A stretch of DNA of 64,000 bases from Veleropilina oligotropha (lineage: Eukaryota). The position numbers and the translations under genes were made by a program. Below the pieces are notes generated by a model. That model saw only the letters and a list, made by a program, of their open reading frames with translations, had not been told where the DNA came from and did no database searches. Every line of letters begins with the position of its first letter. Positions within the stretch are counted from its first letter, which is position 1. This document shows positions 50,801 through 64,000 of this stretch, piece by piece. The stretch is from contig JBEUKZ010000119.1 of the NCBI GenBank assembly GCA_048128005.1, positions 124,001-188,000 of the forward strand. The letters are read 5' to 3'.

Positions 50801-51495
50801 CAATCAGAGGAGACTGCAAACCCTCGTCACGGGGCTAAGGAAGACGATGGTGAAAGGCATAAATATCTACGATCAATATTTCTAAACATGAATTACAATC
50901 ATACAATGACAATATCTGACAATAACAATATTTTGTGCGCAATCCACTAGTTAATTATCAGAGATTTAGTGCTTGTTTTGTAGTGGAATTACTTGTTTAC
51001 AATGGATTTGTCTATATTAGTCAGGTTCACTATGTCCTAAAAAAGGTTCTTGGAGATTTGCAAATCTCTATATTTTTGAAAACTGTATACCCTGGGAAAT
51101 TCAAAAAACAATGTTTGCATTTGGGGAAAATTCGTTATGGCGGCCATATTGGAATTCAAAATGGCGGCATTGCAAAATACTTTTTATTCATTCTCCAGCT
51201 GTTATATTACACAAATGTATTCATTTATCAAAACAAAACAGCATCTTAACATCCAAGCTACTGAATATAGTCCACAAAGTATTAATGTTTTACCCACCGG
51301 AGCAGTACGAGTCTCTTTTGTACATTTTTCAATGATTGGCGGCCATTTTGAAAGCATGCAAATGGACCATTTTCACCATTCCACAAGATACAGCATAAAC
51401 TAACCATCAATCATATGAAATACTGTAGGTTACATTGTGGCCTTTTGATTCCATGCAGCTTGAAATGTGTCTTGCTATAAATGTAGGCCTACATG

Positions 51496-52151
51496 TAGCA
51501 TCATGCCTCTGCGCACATCCGGATAAACCTCGTCCGAGAGGGCCTGATAAAGGTGCTATTAAAAACTTGTGACGCCAAAACGAGGCTTGCCGAAAAACTG
51601 GTAAAGTTTTTGATTGGACGATCCGTACACACCTCATACACACCCACCAATATGATTTCAAATAAAAGTCAAAAATAGATTACTAGTATATGAATTATGT
51701 TTGGGCGTTTCCTGGGTTTAATTATCAAATCATTCTAAATATGTGTTTCCATGACTTCTATTCGTTTTATATAGTCCATATTGAAACCCATATCGGTCAT
51801 TGTATGTCAGACTGAAGTTATCGTATCTAAATATAGGCCACTTGAAAGCGGACATGGGATATCCCACCCAACATAGTAAATCACTGCTATTAATTAATTG
51901 TGGAATGGCAAAAATATTCAAATGTGCAAATAATACATCGTCAGATGACTTTGCGTAACACAACACAATTTATTATGTATCTAATGATCTCGAATTCGGT
52001 ACGAACCGTGCGAAGATATCTTCATGGCAGTGGTCGCCATTTGTAAACACAGCGCCGTCTATCGGTCACAAGTTTTTAATAACACCTTTATCAGGCCCTC
52101 TCGGACGAGGTTTATCCGGATGTGCGCAGAGGCCTGATGCGCATGATGCTA
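51496..52151. mobile_element. Second, inverted copy of the TAG..CTA MITE with 9-bp TSD
   Basis: GCCTACATG at 51487-51495 and 52152-52160; colinear with the reverse complement of 37647-38298. Confidence 0.88.
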
Positions 52152-52405
52152 GCCTACATGGTATAATGACTTCGAGCCTCTCTACGAAGATAGACAGCCA
52201 TATTGGATTTAATATGGCGGATATACAAAATCCATTTTTAACACATAACACATGAATGTATTTATTTACCAAGGCAAAACGAACTCTTAACATCCAAGCC
52301 ATTTAATATAGCTGAGTATTGATATCTTCGCCAGCGGATAAGTACGGGTACATTTTTCAATAATAGGTGGCCATTTTGAAACCTTCACATTCTACAACAT
52401 ACAGG

Positions 52406-52866
52406 AACAAGAACGACGCGTTCGAAATATGTCTTGACCTTTCTTTATTTCCCTCAAATTTTCATAACAGTTAATACAATGGCTAAGTGCAAGTACTTCA
52501 TGGCTTAATTTACTACCCCGTCGATTATGACGTCACCAAATGACGATTAATCTAAAGCGACGTCGTAATGACGTCATTGCTATTTGCTTGCAATATTAGA
52601 CATCCGTTATATAAAATATGGATAAAAGTGCTCAATAAATGCATATTTTTGCAAAATTGTGTCGCGAAAGTTATCTACACGACCTACAAATACTCTTGGG
52701 AATGTGTGTACCAATTTTGGTGAAAATTGAGCGGGTAGTTTTCAAATAAATCGACGGATATATATATATATATATAAGTATATAAGTATATAAGTATATA
52801 TGTATACACACACGGACCATTTGATAATGTCTTGTCCTTTTTTACAAAAAGGTCAAGACATAAAAA
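52406..52866 (+). mobile_element. HINE/DINE-like element (5' fragment also at 25481-25548)
   Basis: AACAAG start, subterminal ATGTCTTGACCT, microsatellite and 3' hairpin ATGTCTTGTCCTTTTT..AAAAAGGTCAAGACAT. Confidence 0.6.
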
Positions 52867-53282
52867 CTATACCAACAATGATATGAATTTATGCAGGTCG
52901 TATTGTGGGCTGTTGGACCAGGCAGTTTAAACTGTTTCTTCAGGTTTGCTATAAATGGTAATGTGTTCGGGCGCCTCCTGCGAGACCGCAGGTATAATAT
53001 GTAATGCATATTCCGACTTGTTTATTTCGCTTTGAACTAAGGAATTTGCTGATATATAATGAGTTGGCTGGTTTAAACAATGTGAATATTTAGTCTGATT
53101 ATTTTATTTTAGCCGTATTAGTGAAAAATTTCACATTTAAACATTTAATTTAAAGATTATATTTTATAATCACTGCTCAATTCTCAAACCAATATACCAT
53201 CTAGCCCAAAATCTAATAAATTTCATCATCATCACTGTCATTAGCTAGTGTTTTCTATGGATTCATCATCATCCTGAACACT

Positions 53283-55300
53283 CTACTTGCACATGTATCT
53301 TACCATTTCAAGTATTACATTAGAAGCCGGTGTTGGGGGGCATCTGTCACGATAGTATTCATTTTGTAGTGGATCCAATAATTCATGTTGCGGTGCGCTG
53401 GCTTGTTCCCATAACAAATTATTCTCCGACATATAATTGTAAAATAGATGCGACTGCACTTCAGGTATGTTATTGATATGGGTTCCTCTTTGATAATATA
53501 CGGCACATATAATTGTCGCAAGTGTGACCAGACGTTTCAATGTCACCTCCGCAACATCACTTTGATCTTATAGTGCCGGCATATATAACTCTAGCCAAAT
53601 ATAGCTTTGCATATTCGACAAAAATGCCCAGTGTCTGCTCTTGTAAAACATGAAATACTTATGCCTTTGCTGAATCGCAGCTCAAAGCTCTACAGATTGG
53701 CTGAATTAGAGCCATCCATGATACCATAGACATGCATGTCTTTCTTGCGAAAATATCATAACAGACAATATGACGTCCGTGTTGGAAAATAAAAATGTGT
53801 GATGCGCATTTTGCGAAGCACATCTTGTTGCTAACACATTTATCCAGATCATCAGTGTGTCTGATGTTTCATGGTTGCTATTTCAAAGAGATGATTACTG
53901 TTGATTGTAGTTTGTTCTGAAGGCGAAGCGTCTGGGTAGTTAAAGCTGAGGTCATATGAAATATAGCATGGTCGGAGCCATTTATATTTGATCCCATCCA
54001 TAGCAAAAACAGTTTGTTCAGGTATTCTTCTGCTCACAATGAAGCATCAGGTCAGATGAATGAGATGATGTGATGAAAGCCAGAATTGTTTTCACCTGAT
54101 GAATGTCATTTTCATCATGGACTTCAACATTGCCTGCTTTAACTTCCCAACTTTAACAAGATATTTTGTCCATCAGCAATGGCCAACACATGCAAAAGAT
54201 TTGAACTGGAAAATGTACCATGTTTAGCTCTCTTGGGTTTGTTAATCTCGAGGCAGGCCACCTCTTATTTATTTTATGGAATCCAGACAAATGTTCGTCA
54301 GATTAGGGTTATCTCTGAAAATTACACCAAGAGCCAATTTATTATGCAATGCATGAGTATATGTTTTTAGTGTGTGCAACTTAGGATTTGACAGACAGCG
54401 AGGACCAGTTGCAAGAATGGTTGCTGAGTTAGCGAACAAGTCTGGATAGGTTTGGACTAAAGATAAACTCGAAAAGGTCAAATACGTTAGCATGTAGTAG
54501 AGCAGACGGACAAAGGGTAGACATTTTCAAGTACTTGGGATCAACCATGTGTGAAAGAGGGTGTGTGAGAATGATGTTCAGGACGGAATCAATGCAAGCT
54601 GGATGAGTGGAGTGTTGAATAATTGGAGGATGCCGATTAAGTTGAACGCTAAGATTTATAAGATAATGGTGGGCCGAATATGGCGTATGAGGCAGCGTGC
54701 TGAGCACGGACGAAGAGGGTTGAGAGGAGAATGGAAGTGATGGAGATGTGTATTCTGATACATTTTGGAAGTGACGCTGATAGATAAAATCAGAAACGAA
54801 GAGGTGCGGAGCAGAACGAGGGTGACAAAACGACCAGTGCAGGGTATATATAAGTAAGATGAGATCGTACGGACACGTCTTGATATCGTGACTAGAGCGT
54901 GGAGGGAACCAGTAAGAGGGCGGAGGAGTTGAAGACGTCTACGTAGTAGATGTGAGAGATGGGACTGAGGTAAAGTATAGAGGAGATGGATCTGACAGAG
55001 GGTGACATACATGACAGACGAATGGAGAAGGATAATTCAGGCCGCCGACCCCTTACCACGATAAGGCGATGGCAAATAAGAAGAACTTGCTTCAATTCAG
55101 CTAGGTATCCTCTATACTGGTACTGGAGTTCTTGACGCTCCATGACCCCGAAGATCAGTGACGACAGCATGAAGTTTATATTGTCTGAGAACAACAGTCT
55201 TTTTCATGTCTGGTCTGAAATCAAGTAATTAAGCAACTATTTCGTAGAGGAACATTTGAAACGAGGTCACATATTGGAATGCTTTTCTCCAACTGCTAGA
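53283..55300 (-). pseudogene. Possible N-terminal and central remnants of the Academ-type transposase, interrupted by RTE
   Basis: Weak motifs HLFEIATMKH, VYYQ and PPT..VILEM in plausible order; related TAG-starting termini at 51018 and 55970. Confidence 0.3.
54490..55085 (+). mobile_element. RTE-clade LINE 3' fragment
   Basis: VDIFKYLGS..MPIKL..KIYK..DKIRNEEVR; ends CCGACCCC..(AAG)n. Confidence 0.75.
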
Positions 55301-56104
55301 CATCGTAGCTGGTTTGTTTTGTGTGATTACTGTCCATTGGATTGACCATTCAGGAGCTAACTCTGGAAATATAGTTAAGGCACCAGCATATGTCTTATTT
55401 AACCTTTATAATTAATTATAATTAATGCTTAATGAAAATATAAACAATCTTGAGTTATCTCCCCTTAATACTTGTTGATGCTTAAATGTATTGTTTTACG
55501 ACAAAATATCCATTTCTAATTTGCATATTGGCTTGAACATTGACCATTTTTTGGCTCGGTAAGTTTTGTACTTAATGTTGTGTGATGTAATACAAAATCT
55601 TTAAGATGTATCTGCAAAATTATCTTCATAATACAGTGAATACTAAAAATCCATATTATATCGCACACAAAAAGACTGTCACCTGTCCTGTAATATGTAC
55701 ATTATTCTGACAGATGATGCTATGTAATGTTTTCATCATGATAATATATATTTTAACTCTAAAACTAAATTATTTGTTGATATTGTGGCTGTATTATGCT
55801 ATATAAATTATTCCAACTGGCGGCCATCTTGAAATTCAAAATGGCCGCCATAACGGCATCGGTTCAAATGCAAACATTGGTTTCCACATTCTGTTGGATA
55901 TGTTTCCAAAAATGTATAGCCTTGAAAATCTCCAAAAAATAAAAACGAAAGTATATAACACACCGGACTATATACACAAGATTTTTTGGGATGTATATTT
56001 TTATATCTATTCTCTGCCCCCCCCCCCCCCCCCCCCGGTTCCTACGTCCCAGTATACTATGAGTATCATTATACGTGCTGCTATGTATAGCTGATATATA
56101 TATG

Positions 56105-56314
56105 CTTAACGTCGTGTATATTTACAACCTTCATGTTAAAACCAGGACATGTTCATATTATCACGGGAGGAAAGCCCAGTCTCCAGAAAATTTGGCCAGG
56201 TTCGGACAACTGGACAAAAAATAGTCTTGCCCCAACCGAGATTCGTACGCACTACTGTTGTTCGGAGCAGTGCAACCAGTGATTTCAGAGTCGGCACTCG
56301 AGACCACGCGGCTA
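56105..56314 (-). mobile_element. tRNA-derived SINE copy
   Basis: Reverse complement starts TAGCCGCGTGGTCTCGAGTGCC and has B-box-like GTACGAATCTC; body GGCTTTCCTCCCG..ATAATATG. Confidence 0.65.
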
Positions 56315-58789
56315 TTGTGGTTCATTCATAGTAATTTGAAAGATTTATGAAATGGGCTCATGTTTATAACCAAAAGGCAAAACATGGTTGCATAAGGTGT
56401 GATTTACAATGGAAAGGCGGATGGATATCGCCACCTATTTAAAGTGTGACAATCAGTGAAATTGTTGTTTGACAAATAAAGATTCAAAGAAAGTGAGCAA
56501 TCAATGCAAAGAGAATACACGGATTTAAAGATGCACGATCTACTTCAGATCGCTAAAACGTATTTAAAGGCTGTTCTATCTTACACTTTCTGCATAAATA
56601 GTAACAATTCAGATGCTACTGCTGTATTGTCTATTAATATTTTACTATTTCATATGTGCTTATAAATTTATGCAGCTTATATGCTTCTATAATGTACTAA
56701 TATAATATCGATAGGTGTATGAGTGTGTGCATGTCCTTCAAAATGTGTGTATATCTATGTAATATGTTGCATTGTTCTAGTTATAACGTTTCTATTTTCA
56801 ATTATTTTAATATTGTATATCATAGGGTGGCACCACCTCCCGAGGAACAGTCTCTATTGACTCCGGTGCCATCTGTCCTCTCCATTCTTATGATAAATCC
56901 TTGTATCTACTCTGTACTATTTTAATGGAAGGTAAATAAACATCTATCTATCTATATTGATTTATTGCATATAGTTAGGACGTTTCAGAGATTACCACAC
57001 ATGGCCAAAAAAAATTCACTTAGTAATAAATATTTGAAATATTTTTATGGAATTATGAGCGCGCGCAAAATTCGAGCCGATTGTATACGGAAATGAACGA
57101 CGGCTTGGCTGAATCAACACGTCACTTAGCTCCGCCCTAAATCACCCCCGCGATCTAAAAATACGGGGTCATTTATAGGTCGTCCTTGTCTGAGTTTTGT
57201 TTATATCGGTTTCCATGGCCGATGTCGACAACAGAAATAGAGGCAGGCCGCCGTTATCGACTGTGACTGCTTCTGATTATAAAATGGATGTATGCGAAAA
57301 CTTGATATAATAAATAACGCGATCAATGAAAATTGGATGCGGCTACTTCAACTTGCTATATGTTTCAATGGCATTATGCAATACATCAATTTGAATGTAG
57401 ATTCAGCATCTTTAATACGGTGGTAGTTCTAGTACTACTAAATTAGTAATAGCACGTCAACATACATTAACGTCGACTAAGACCATTTCAATTTTCAAGA
57501 TAACAAAAGGACCTATTTGTGTAAGAAAAGGGGCGTGGCTAATTACGTCATTTAATTTAATAAATATTCTGCAATAAAATAATTATGTACCAACATTATT
57601 TTCACGATGTGCATTTAATTATCTATAATATGACACCACACATGATACATATGTGGTTATTTAATGGTTTGACTAATCACAACATTTATGAGTGGAGGGG
57701 GGGGGTGGATAATGACGTCAATAAACAAATATAAACAGTGCCATTGTCGCACCGTCTGGTTTTTCATCTATACATGTTTATCTACCATTTGAAACAATAC
57801 AATAGCATTAATGCCCTACTTTACGCTTATCATGCAGTTCTACGTGGCTATTAAGGCCTAAATGTTGTAAAATGAATACTATACCATAACGCCAAGGCGC
57901 AGGGAATATCAAGTTGAAGCATCACTATACATGCTGCAATTTACAGATATATGCATTTACAATTTACAGATATATGCATATACACAACTATATTATATAA
58001 TAATAATAACGCGTCACGCAATTAGTTAGTGACGATCAAGAGAAAGCATGCGTGTTCTGAGTATGTTCGACTGAGAAAAGGCGCTTTTACACAAAGCACA
58101 CTTATCCCTTATGCAGTCGCTTATGGTTCTTGAGACTTGGCGACAGGTCGTTTTCCATATGCACGGTTCCTACCGCGCGGATAGTGGTATATAATAAATA
58201 AATTATGTGAACTGCAGACTTGAGCTTGTCGTAGAGCGTGTGTTTTTAGTGTGTGACTAATTATTTGACAATATTATTCTGACATTGCATTGCAATCCCA
58301 CAAAATATCTGCTAAGAACGATATTTGGTGGTAATCAGCCAAGTGGACTGGTTTAAATTCAGATATTGTGCAAATTATACATAAAGGCCAACATGCGTTT
58401 TATGATCTTATGCACCCAAAAGCGATGCCCCTGCTCTGCTGAAATAATGCATGTTTTATAACCACCAATGCTAAAGTCATATCATTAAAATTCAGTTATT
58501 CTTCCACATATATTAATATTGCAGTAATAATGTTTGATGAATATGCTTCGACGAAGCCATCTTGCGATTTCAGAGCGATTTATGCCACGAGTGTCCCGCA
58601 TGCCGCGTCTCTTACACGGCAATGGAAAAGGTAATAAATGATTGCGTGATATCAATGTTGAGCGGTTTCCGCGCGGGTAGGAACCGAGCAAATGGAACAT
58701 GGAATGGAACTGTGACAATTGAAAAGGTACATATGACTGCGTTATATCAATTCTTGCTACCTGGCTGCTCGATTGCCGCGCGAATGGAA

Positions 58790-60560
58790 AAGGGCCTTTA
58801 GCCTGCTTGCACATATCACAGTTTTACGGTTTCTCTCCAGTATGGATTCGCATGTGCCTCTTAAGATGGCCGGACTGCGCGAATACCTGATCGCACACAG
58901 CACACCGTTGCGGTTTCTCACCAGTATGTATTCGCTCGTGCCTTCTAAGCGAACCCGACTCAGAAAATGTCTGATTGCGCACAGCACATTTATACGGTTT
59001 ATCTCCAGTATGACGTCGCATGCGTCTTACAAGATGACCAGACTCTTAAAATGCATGATTGCACACAGCACACCGATGCGGTTTATATCCAGTATGGGTA
59101 CGAGAGTGCTCCCTAAGAAGACCAGATTGTGAAAATGCCTTATTGCACACATCGCACTGATACGGTTTCTCCCCAGTATGAATTCGCATGTGCATCCTTA
59201 GAACACCAGCCTGTGCAAATCCCTTCTTACATGTAACACACTGATGCGGTTTTTCTCCAGTATGGGTTCGCCCGTGCGCCCTTAGCTGACCTGACTGTGA
59301 AAACGCCTTATTGTACACAACACAATGATACGGTTTCTCTCCAGCATGGGTTCGCATGTGCATCTGAAGACCACCATAGTGTGCAAATGCCTTGTTACTT
59401 TTAACACAGTGATGCCGTTTCTCTCCAGTATGAATTCGCATATGCTTCCTAAGATCACCAGAATCTGCAAATGCCTTCTTACTGCGGTTTATCTCCAGTA
59501 TGGGTTCGCCCGTGCCGCCTAAGATTACTCGATTGTGAAAACGTCCTATTGCACACAACACACTGATACGGTTTATCTCCAGTATGGGTTCGCCAGTGCT
59601 CCCTAAGAAGACCCGATTGTGAAAACGCCCTATTGCACACAACACACAGATACGGTTTCTCTCCAGTATGGGTTCGCATGTGTTTCCTAAGACTACCAGC
59701 CTGTGCAAATGCCTTCTTACATTCAACACACTGATGCGGTTTCTCTCCAGTATGGGTTCGCCAGTGCTCCCTAAGATGACCGGATTGTGAAAACGCCCTA
59801 TTGCACACAACACACTGATACGGTTTCTCTCCAGTATGTGTTCGCATGTGCATCTGAAGACTACCAGCGTGTGTAAATGCCTTCTTACATGTGACACACT
59901 GATGCGGTTTCTCTCCAGTATGGGTTCGCCAGTGCTCCCTAAGAAGACCCGATTGTGAAAACGACCTATTGCACACAACACACAGATACGGTTTCTCTCC
60001 AGTATGGGTTCGCATGTGTTTCCTAAGACTACCAGCCTGTGCAAATGCCTTCTTACATTCAACACACTGATGCGGTTTCTCTCCAGTATGGGTTCGCCAG
60101 TGCTCCCTAAGAATACTCGATCGTGAAAACGCCCTATTGCACACAACACACAGATACGGTTTCTCTCCAGTATGGGTTCGCATGTGCATCTGAAGACTAC
60201 CAGCCTGTGTAAATGCCTTCTTACATGTGACACATTGATACGCCTTCTCTCCAGTATGAATTCGCATGTGATTCCTAAGACCACCAGGATGTGAAAATGC
60301 CTTCTTACATTTAACACATTGATTCAGTTTCTCTCCGGTATGGGTTCGCCAGTGCTCCATAAGATGACCCGAGTGTGAAAACGCCTTATTGCGCACAACA
60401 CAATGATATGTTTTCTCTATTTGCTTCAGTAATTAGATCACCAGACTGTGCAAATACCTTCTTACATGTGACACATCGGTGAGGCTTTTCCGCGGTATGT
60501 GTTACCATTTGGAAGTTTATGGAACTCAAATCCCTAAAGTATCGTCACATGACGCTTAAT
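58790..60560 (-). pseudogene. Tandem C2H2 zinc-finger pseudogene, about 21 finger units
   Basis: TGEKP-linked fingers in ORFs 59479-60396, 59046-59480 and 58824-59021; frameshifting deletions near 60420 and 59482, stops at 59046 and 58824, several Cys substitutions (C>R, C>S, C>Y). Confidence 0.88.
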
Positions 60561-63500
60561 TCAGCATTGGTACCCGTTATCTTCGAATCACATCATACTA
60601 GTATCTCATATTCACGTCCTGGAATTTATGTTACGATATTGCATATAATATTCCTTGGTTATTGTAAACTACATATCTGGCTCCCAATAAATATTTAAGA
60701 TCACATTGATTCACAATATTATGTCAAATAAATGAGGCAGTTTTCCCTTCTTTTTATACAGGACACAAAATTAGATAGAGAAAAGTCGCACATCGCAAAC
60801 TCTCACACTGTTATATGCGATTCCAACTATTCACATATTTCCACGTCTTATTCAATGAAACTTGTTTTATTGGTCACGTGCTGGTTGGACGCTGCGGGTA
60901 GCTCTGCGCGATCACTGACCATCGATCGGTGTTGTGTTCAACTAGTTGAACATTTTTCGAGGATCAACGAATGAGAAAAGGAGATAACAGCTTCAGTCGC
61001 CAGCGTGGAATGCCTTTACCAAGCTACCTGGAAATATACACGCAATATATTAATACATATACTAATTTCCTTATACATTTTCACTGCGATACGATGACAA
61101 AGACAAACAATGATCTACAAATCATTAATTGTGTCGCGAACAGATCACGGATACAACTCATGCATACAACTCAGTGAATCCACATACAAAAATAAAATAT
61201 AAAAGCAATCCTTTAAGATGCTGATTCAGTTTATTGACGTAATATGCAATCGAAATAAAACTACAAATGGGGTCTTGTGGATTAATCACCTACTCGTTTG
61301 ATTTCGTAGATAACGGGGATTGAATCAGTGACCATGTGAAACAAATATGAGCCAGCGCTCTAGCCGTCAATCAATCAATCAATCATTGCGTTGCTTATGA
61401 TTATTTTAGCGTACCCGGGGGACTAAAACGTAATTATACTTTTAAAATGTGGCAAAATACAAACAGCCGAAGTTCAAATTCGAACGCACCAAAATCATCC
61501 CCAGTACAGTCCATCACAGGAGACATGACCAAAGTCGATGGTAATTGGATGAATTTAAGTGTTTCAGGCAAAATCTGATGTAATATATATGAATGATTTA
61601 ATTTATAAATAATAATACAGTGTTAAATGGAGATAGATGTAATTGTCATATTCTGCTATTATGCAGTAATAAATTATAAATCGTCAACATCACGTGATCG
61701 CAGCGAAGCTCAATATTTTTACTAAAGCGACAGACAAGAATGCAATCTTCGCCCCTAAACAAAATTATATTTTTTGCAAAGTTTGAAGCTTAAGTCAATT
61801 ATATACGTTGTATACAAACATAATGTAATTGAATTAATGCGATAAAGTGATCGTTTCCCAAATACTTTTGTATACGTGTTTAGTAAAGATGATACTGCTG
61901 ATAAAACTACATGAACACAAAAGTAGATATTGAAATACCATCAAGGCATTTTGACGCAGCTATTGTCACTGACGGTTCAGTGCCAAAGATAATCCAGGGC
62001 ACGCGCACTGCTACTCCGGGCACGGCAGGGGTTCGTTTTGCGATACATAACACCTTTCTGACCCGATGAACTGTATCGACGCAGGATTGAAAGTTAATCG
62101 ATATTTAAACGACGATACATGACAAAACGCTTTGGACGAAATTTTGCAAAATGTAAAAGTTGCCTGTATCTGTAATCGCCCAATCCGTCGAACTGCAACA
62201 TAATAATGGACGTGATTCATATCGATACGAATATTGAGAAATATAGACATGAAAACAATATTCTACGACTGGTTGCTCTTTCCTATGCCATAATACATGC
62301 TCATATTAGAAGTTGTTTTCCGATCACGAGGGGGACATCGGTGATTGTATTCCGCCTGACGTTGTACCCCGAAGCGCGTAGCGCTGAGGGGTACAAGTTC
62401 AGGAAGGAATACAATCACTGATGTCACCGAGTGATCGGAAGACAACGATTTTATCTTACTTTCAAATTAAAAAAATGGTCTGAATATATGGCAGTATTTA
62501 ATATGAACCGACCCGTCTCTATTTTCCGTCAAGATATATTGCAAACATGTGACATCACGTTGTTTACACACTTGCATTTGGTCATAGATAAACACTGTTT
62601 AACATTAATTAAACTTTTAATATCCATTAATTCCACGCCTTATCCCCTCTAATGTTGCCGTCTTACTTTGTCCTTAAATCGACGTAAAAGTGTCCCAGGA
62701 TATCTGCTAGCCTTACGTACTTTATCCGTGTGTAATTTATTTTCCTGTACATATTCTCTAAATCAACCTGCTGCACATGTGTTGGATTTCTTTGTATTTT
62801 TCGGAATAATGATTTCCTTAGTGTTGGTTATATCTTCTCGTGTGTTATTGTCAAATCGATTAGATGTTATTTGTAAACATACGCAGACGACAAATCTTAA
62901 TTTTAGTCGGGCATTGTTATCTTCCCTATATCATGCAATCGACCGAAGACGTCATTGAGATAAGCTTAAAAATCGCAAGGTGTACAATGCCACCATTGTT
63001 TTCAGTTGTACCCCGTCTAATCCCGTGCACACCGTGCATTGTCAACGGATAAACAACCAATGGAAATCGAGCATTTTAATAGAGATTAAGGGACTGGTAA
63101 TTTATTATAGGGGGGTGGTGGGCCGGTGGAAATGGTCTACTGAGCGTGTCAAAAATGGTGACCCACCCCCGGACCGTGTGTCTTTTTCATGACCCACCCC
63201 CAGGCCAGACCGTGTCTTTTTTTCATGACCCACCCCCCGGGGGGGGGGGTCTGAAGTTTGAAAGGGGTCCAACTGTTACAATATTAATAATTGTCCGCCT
63301 AGCAGGAAACTGTGTGAAACTGTGTCCTGGATTTTATGGGATGAATAGACATATTTATGCAACATTTATTGATCAAAACAGAAACAGGGCACTTTGCATA
63401 ACTAATTTTAAATAAAGGTAATTTTAAGTCGTACATCAATGGTCCGGGTGGGGGTGGGGCCCCACGCGGAAGCAAATTTTGACTGTATTGTGAGATCGCT

Positions 63501-64000
63501 AATGTTCTATTTCTTACCATCATCTTTGAATAATTTTCACCAATCTGTAAAAGTTGTCAATTTGAAAGATAGCCCAGACGTGTTTGAAATATAATATGCA
63601 ACTTTATATATGACCAGAGACTACAACATTGAGGGGGACATGATGGTCAACAGGACTTTGAAGGGCCTTGCGGGGTCAAATTATACTATCAATGGCCCGC
63701 GTCGTGGGACCTTGTTCCCCAGGGGAATACATTTTTGGCAAATAACCGTGCGAAACACCCTCTCCTGTAATCTGATGATGTAAATGTGATATTTCTTAAC
63801 AATATTTACGAATCATTTCATCACTTCATAAAAGGTGAAGGTATGTAATAGCCACATGCTCAGTCAGCTGTATAATAATTGTACTCTCTAGAATGGTGAC
63901 TGTCGGTAGATGCAGATATCTCAAGGATATTGTACGTGTGATAAAAGCTATGAACTCAGATATATACTTTAAGCCTTCTGTCTATGAGCATCATTAAAAT

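Noticed and set aside
59046..60317. 423-aa ILERNRI-repeat ORF as a separate protein
   Set aside because: It is an alternate frame of the finger array that switches into the true ZNF frame at the deletion near 59482.
60600..64000. Short ORFs or an upstream effector exon for the minus-strand ZNF
   Set aside because: No recognisable domain or supportable splice structure; only fragments of probable non-autonomous repeats near 63.1-63.8 kb.

Overview
Eukaryotic, AT-rich, repeat-dense animal DNA. The repeat families look invertebrate, probably mollusc-like; this is inferred and not provable from the window. The only host-type genes are two convergent tandem C2H2 zinc-finger loci: an intact 11-finger ORF (14833-15768, +) and a roughly 21-finger pseudogene (about 58790-60560, -). 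Around and between them lies a nested transposon graveyard: a >6.8 kb 41-bp satellite derived from a tRNA-SINE head, several TE-internal minisatellites, a Penelope-like element with inverted ends and a variant hammerhead motif, I-, CR1-, L2- and RTE-group LINE fragments, a Polinton/Maverick fragment (integrase, minor capsid, basic protein, truncated major capsid), a structurally complete but coding-decayed DIRS element (identical ITRs plus ICR), an Academ-like transposase relic and many MITE/HINE-like elements. No CRISPR, rRNA or true tRNA genes are supportable. Most components belong to known families. The best candidates for something new are the SINE-born satellite with recurrent TE-internal tandem expansion, the G3-C8 hammerhead variant, the apparently trans-mobilised DIRS and the features at the Polinton left end. 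All alignments were made by eye.
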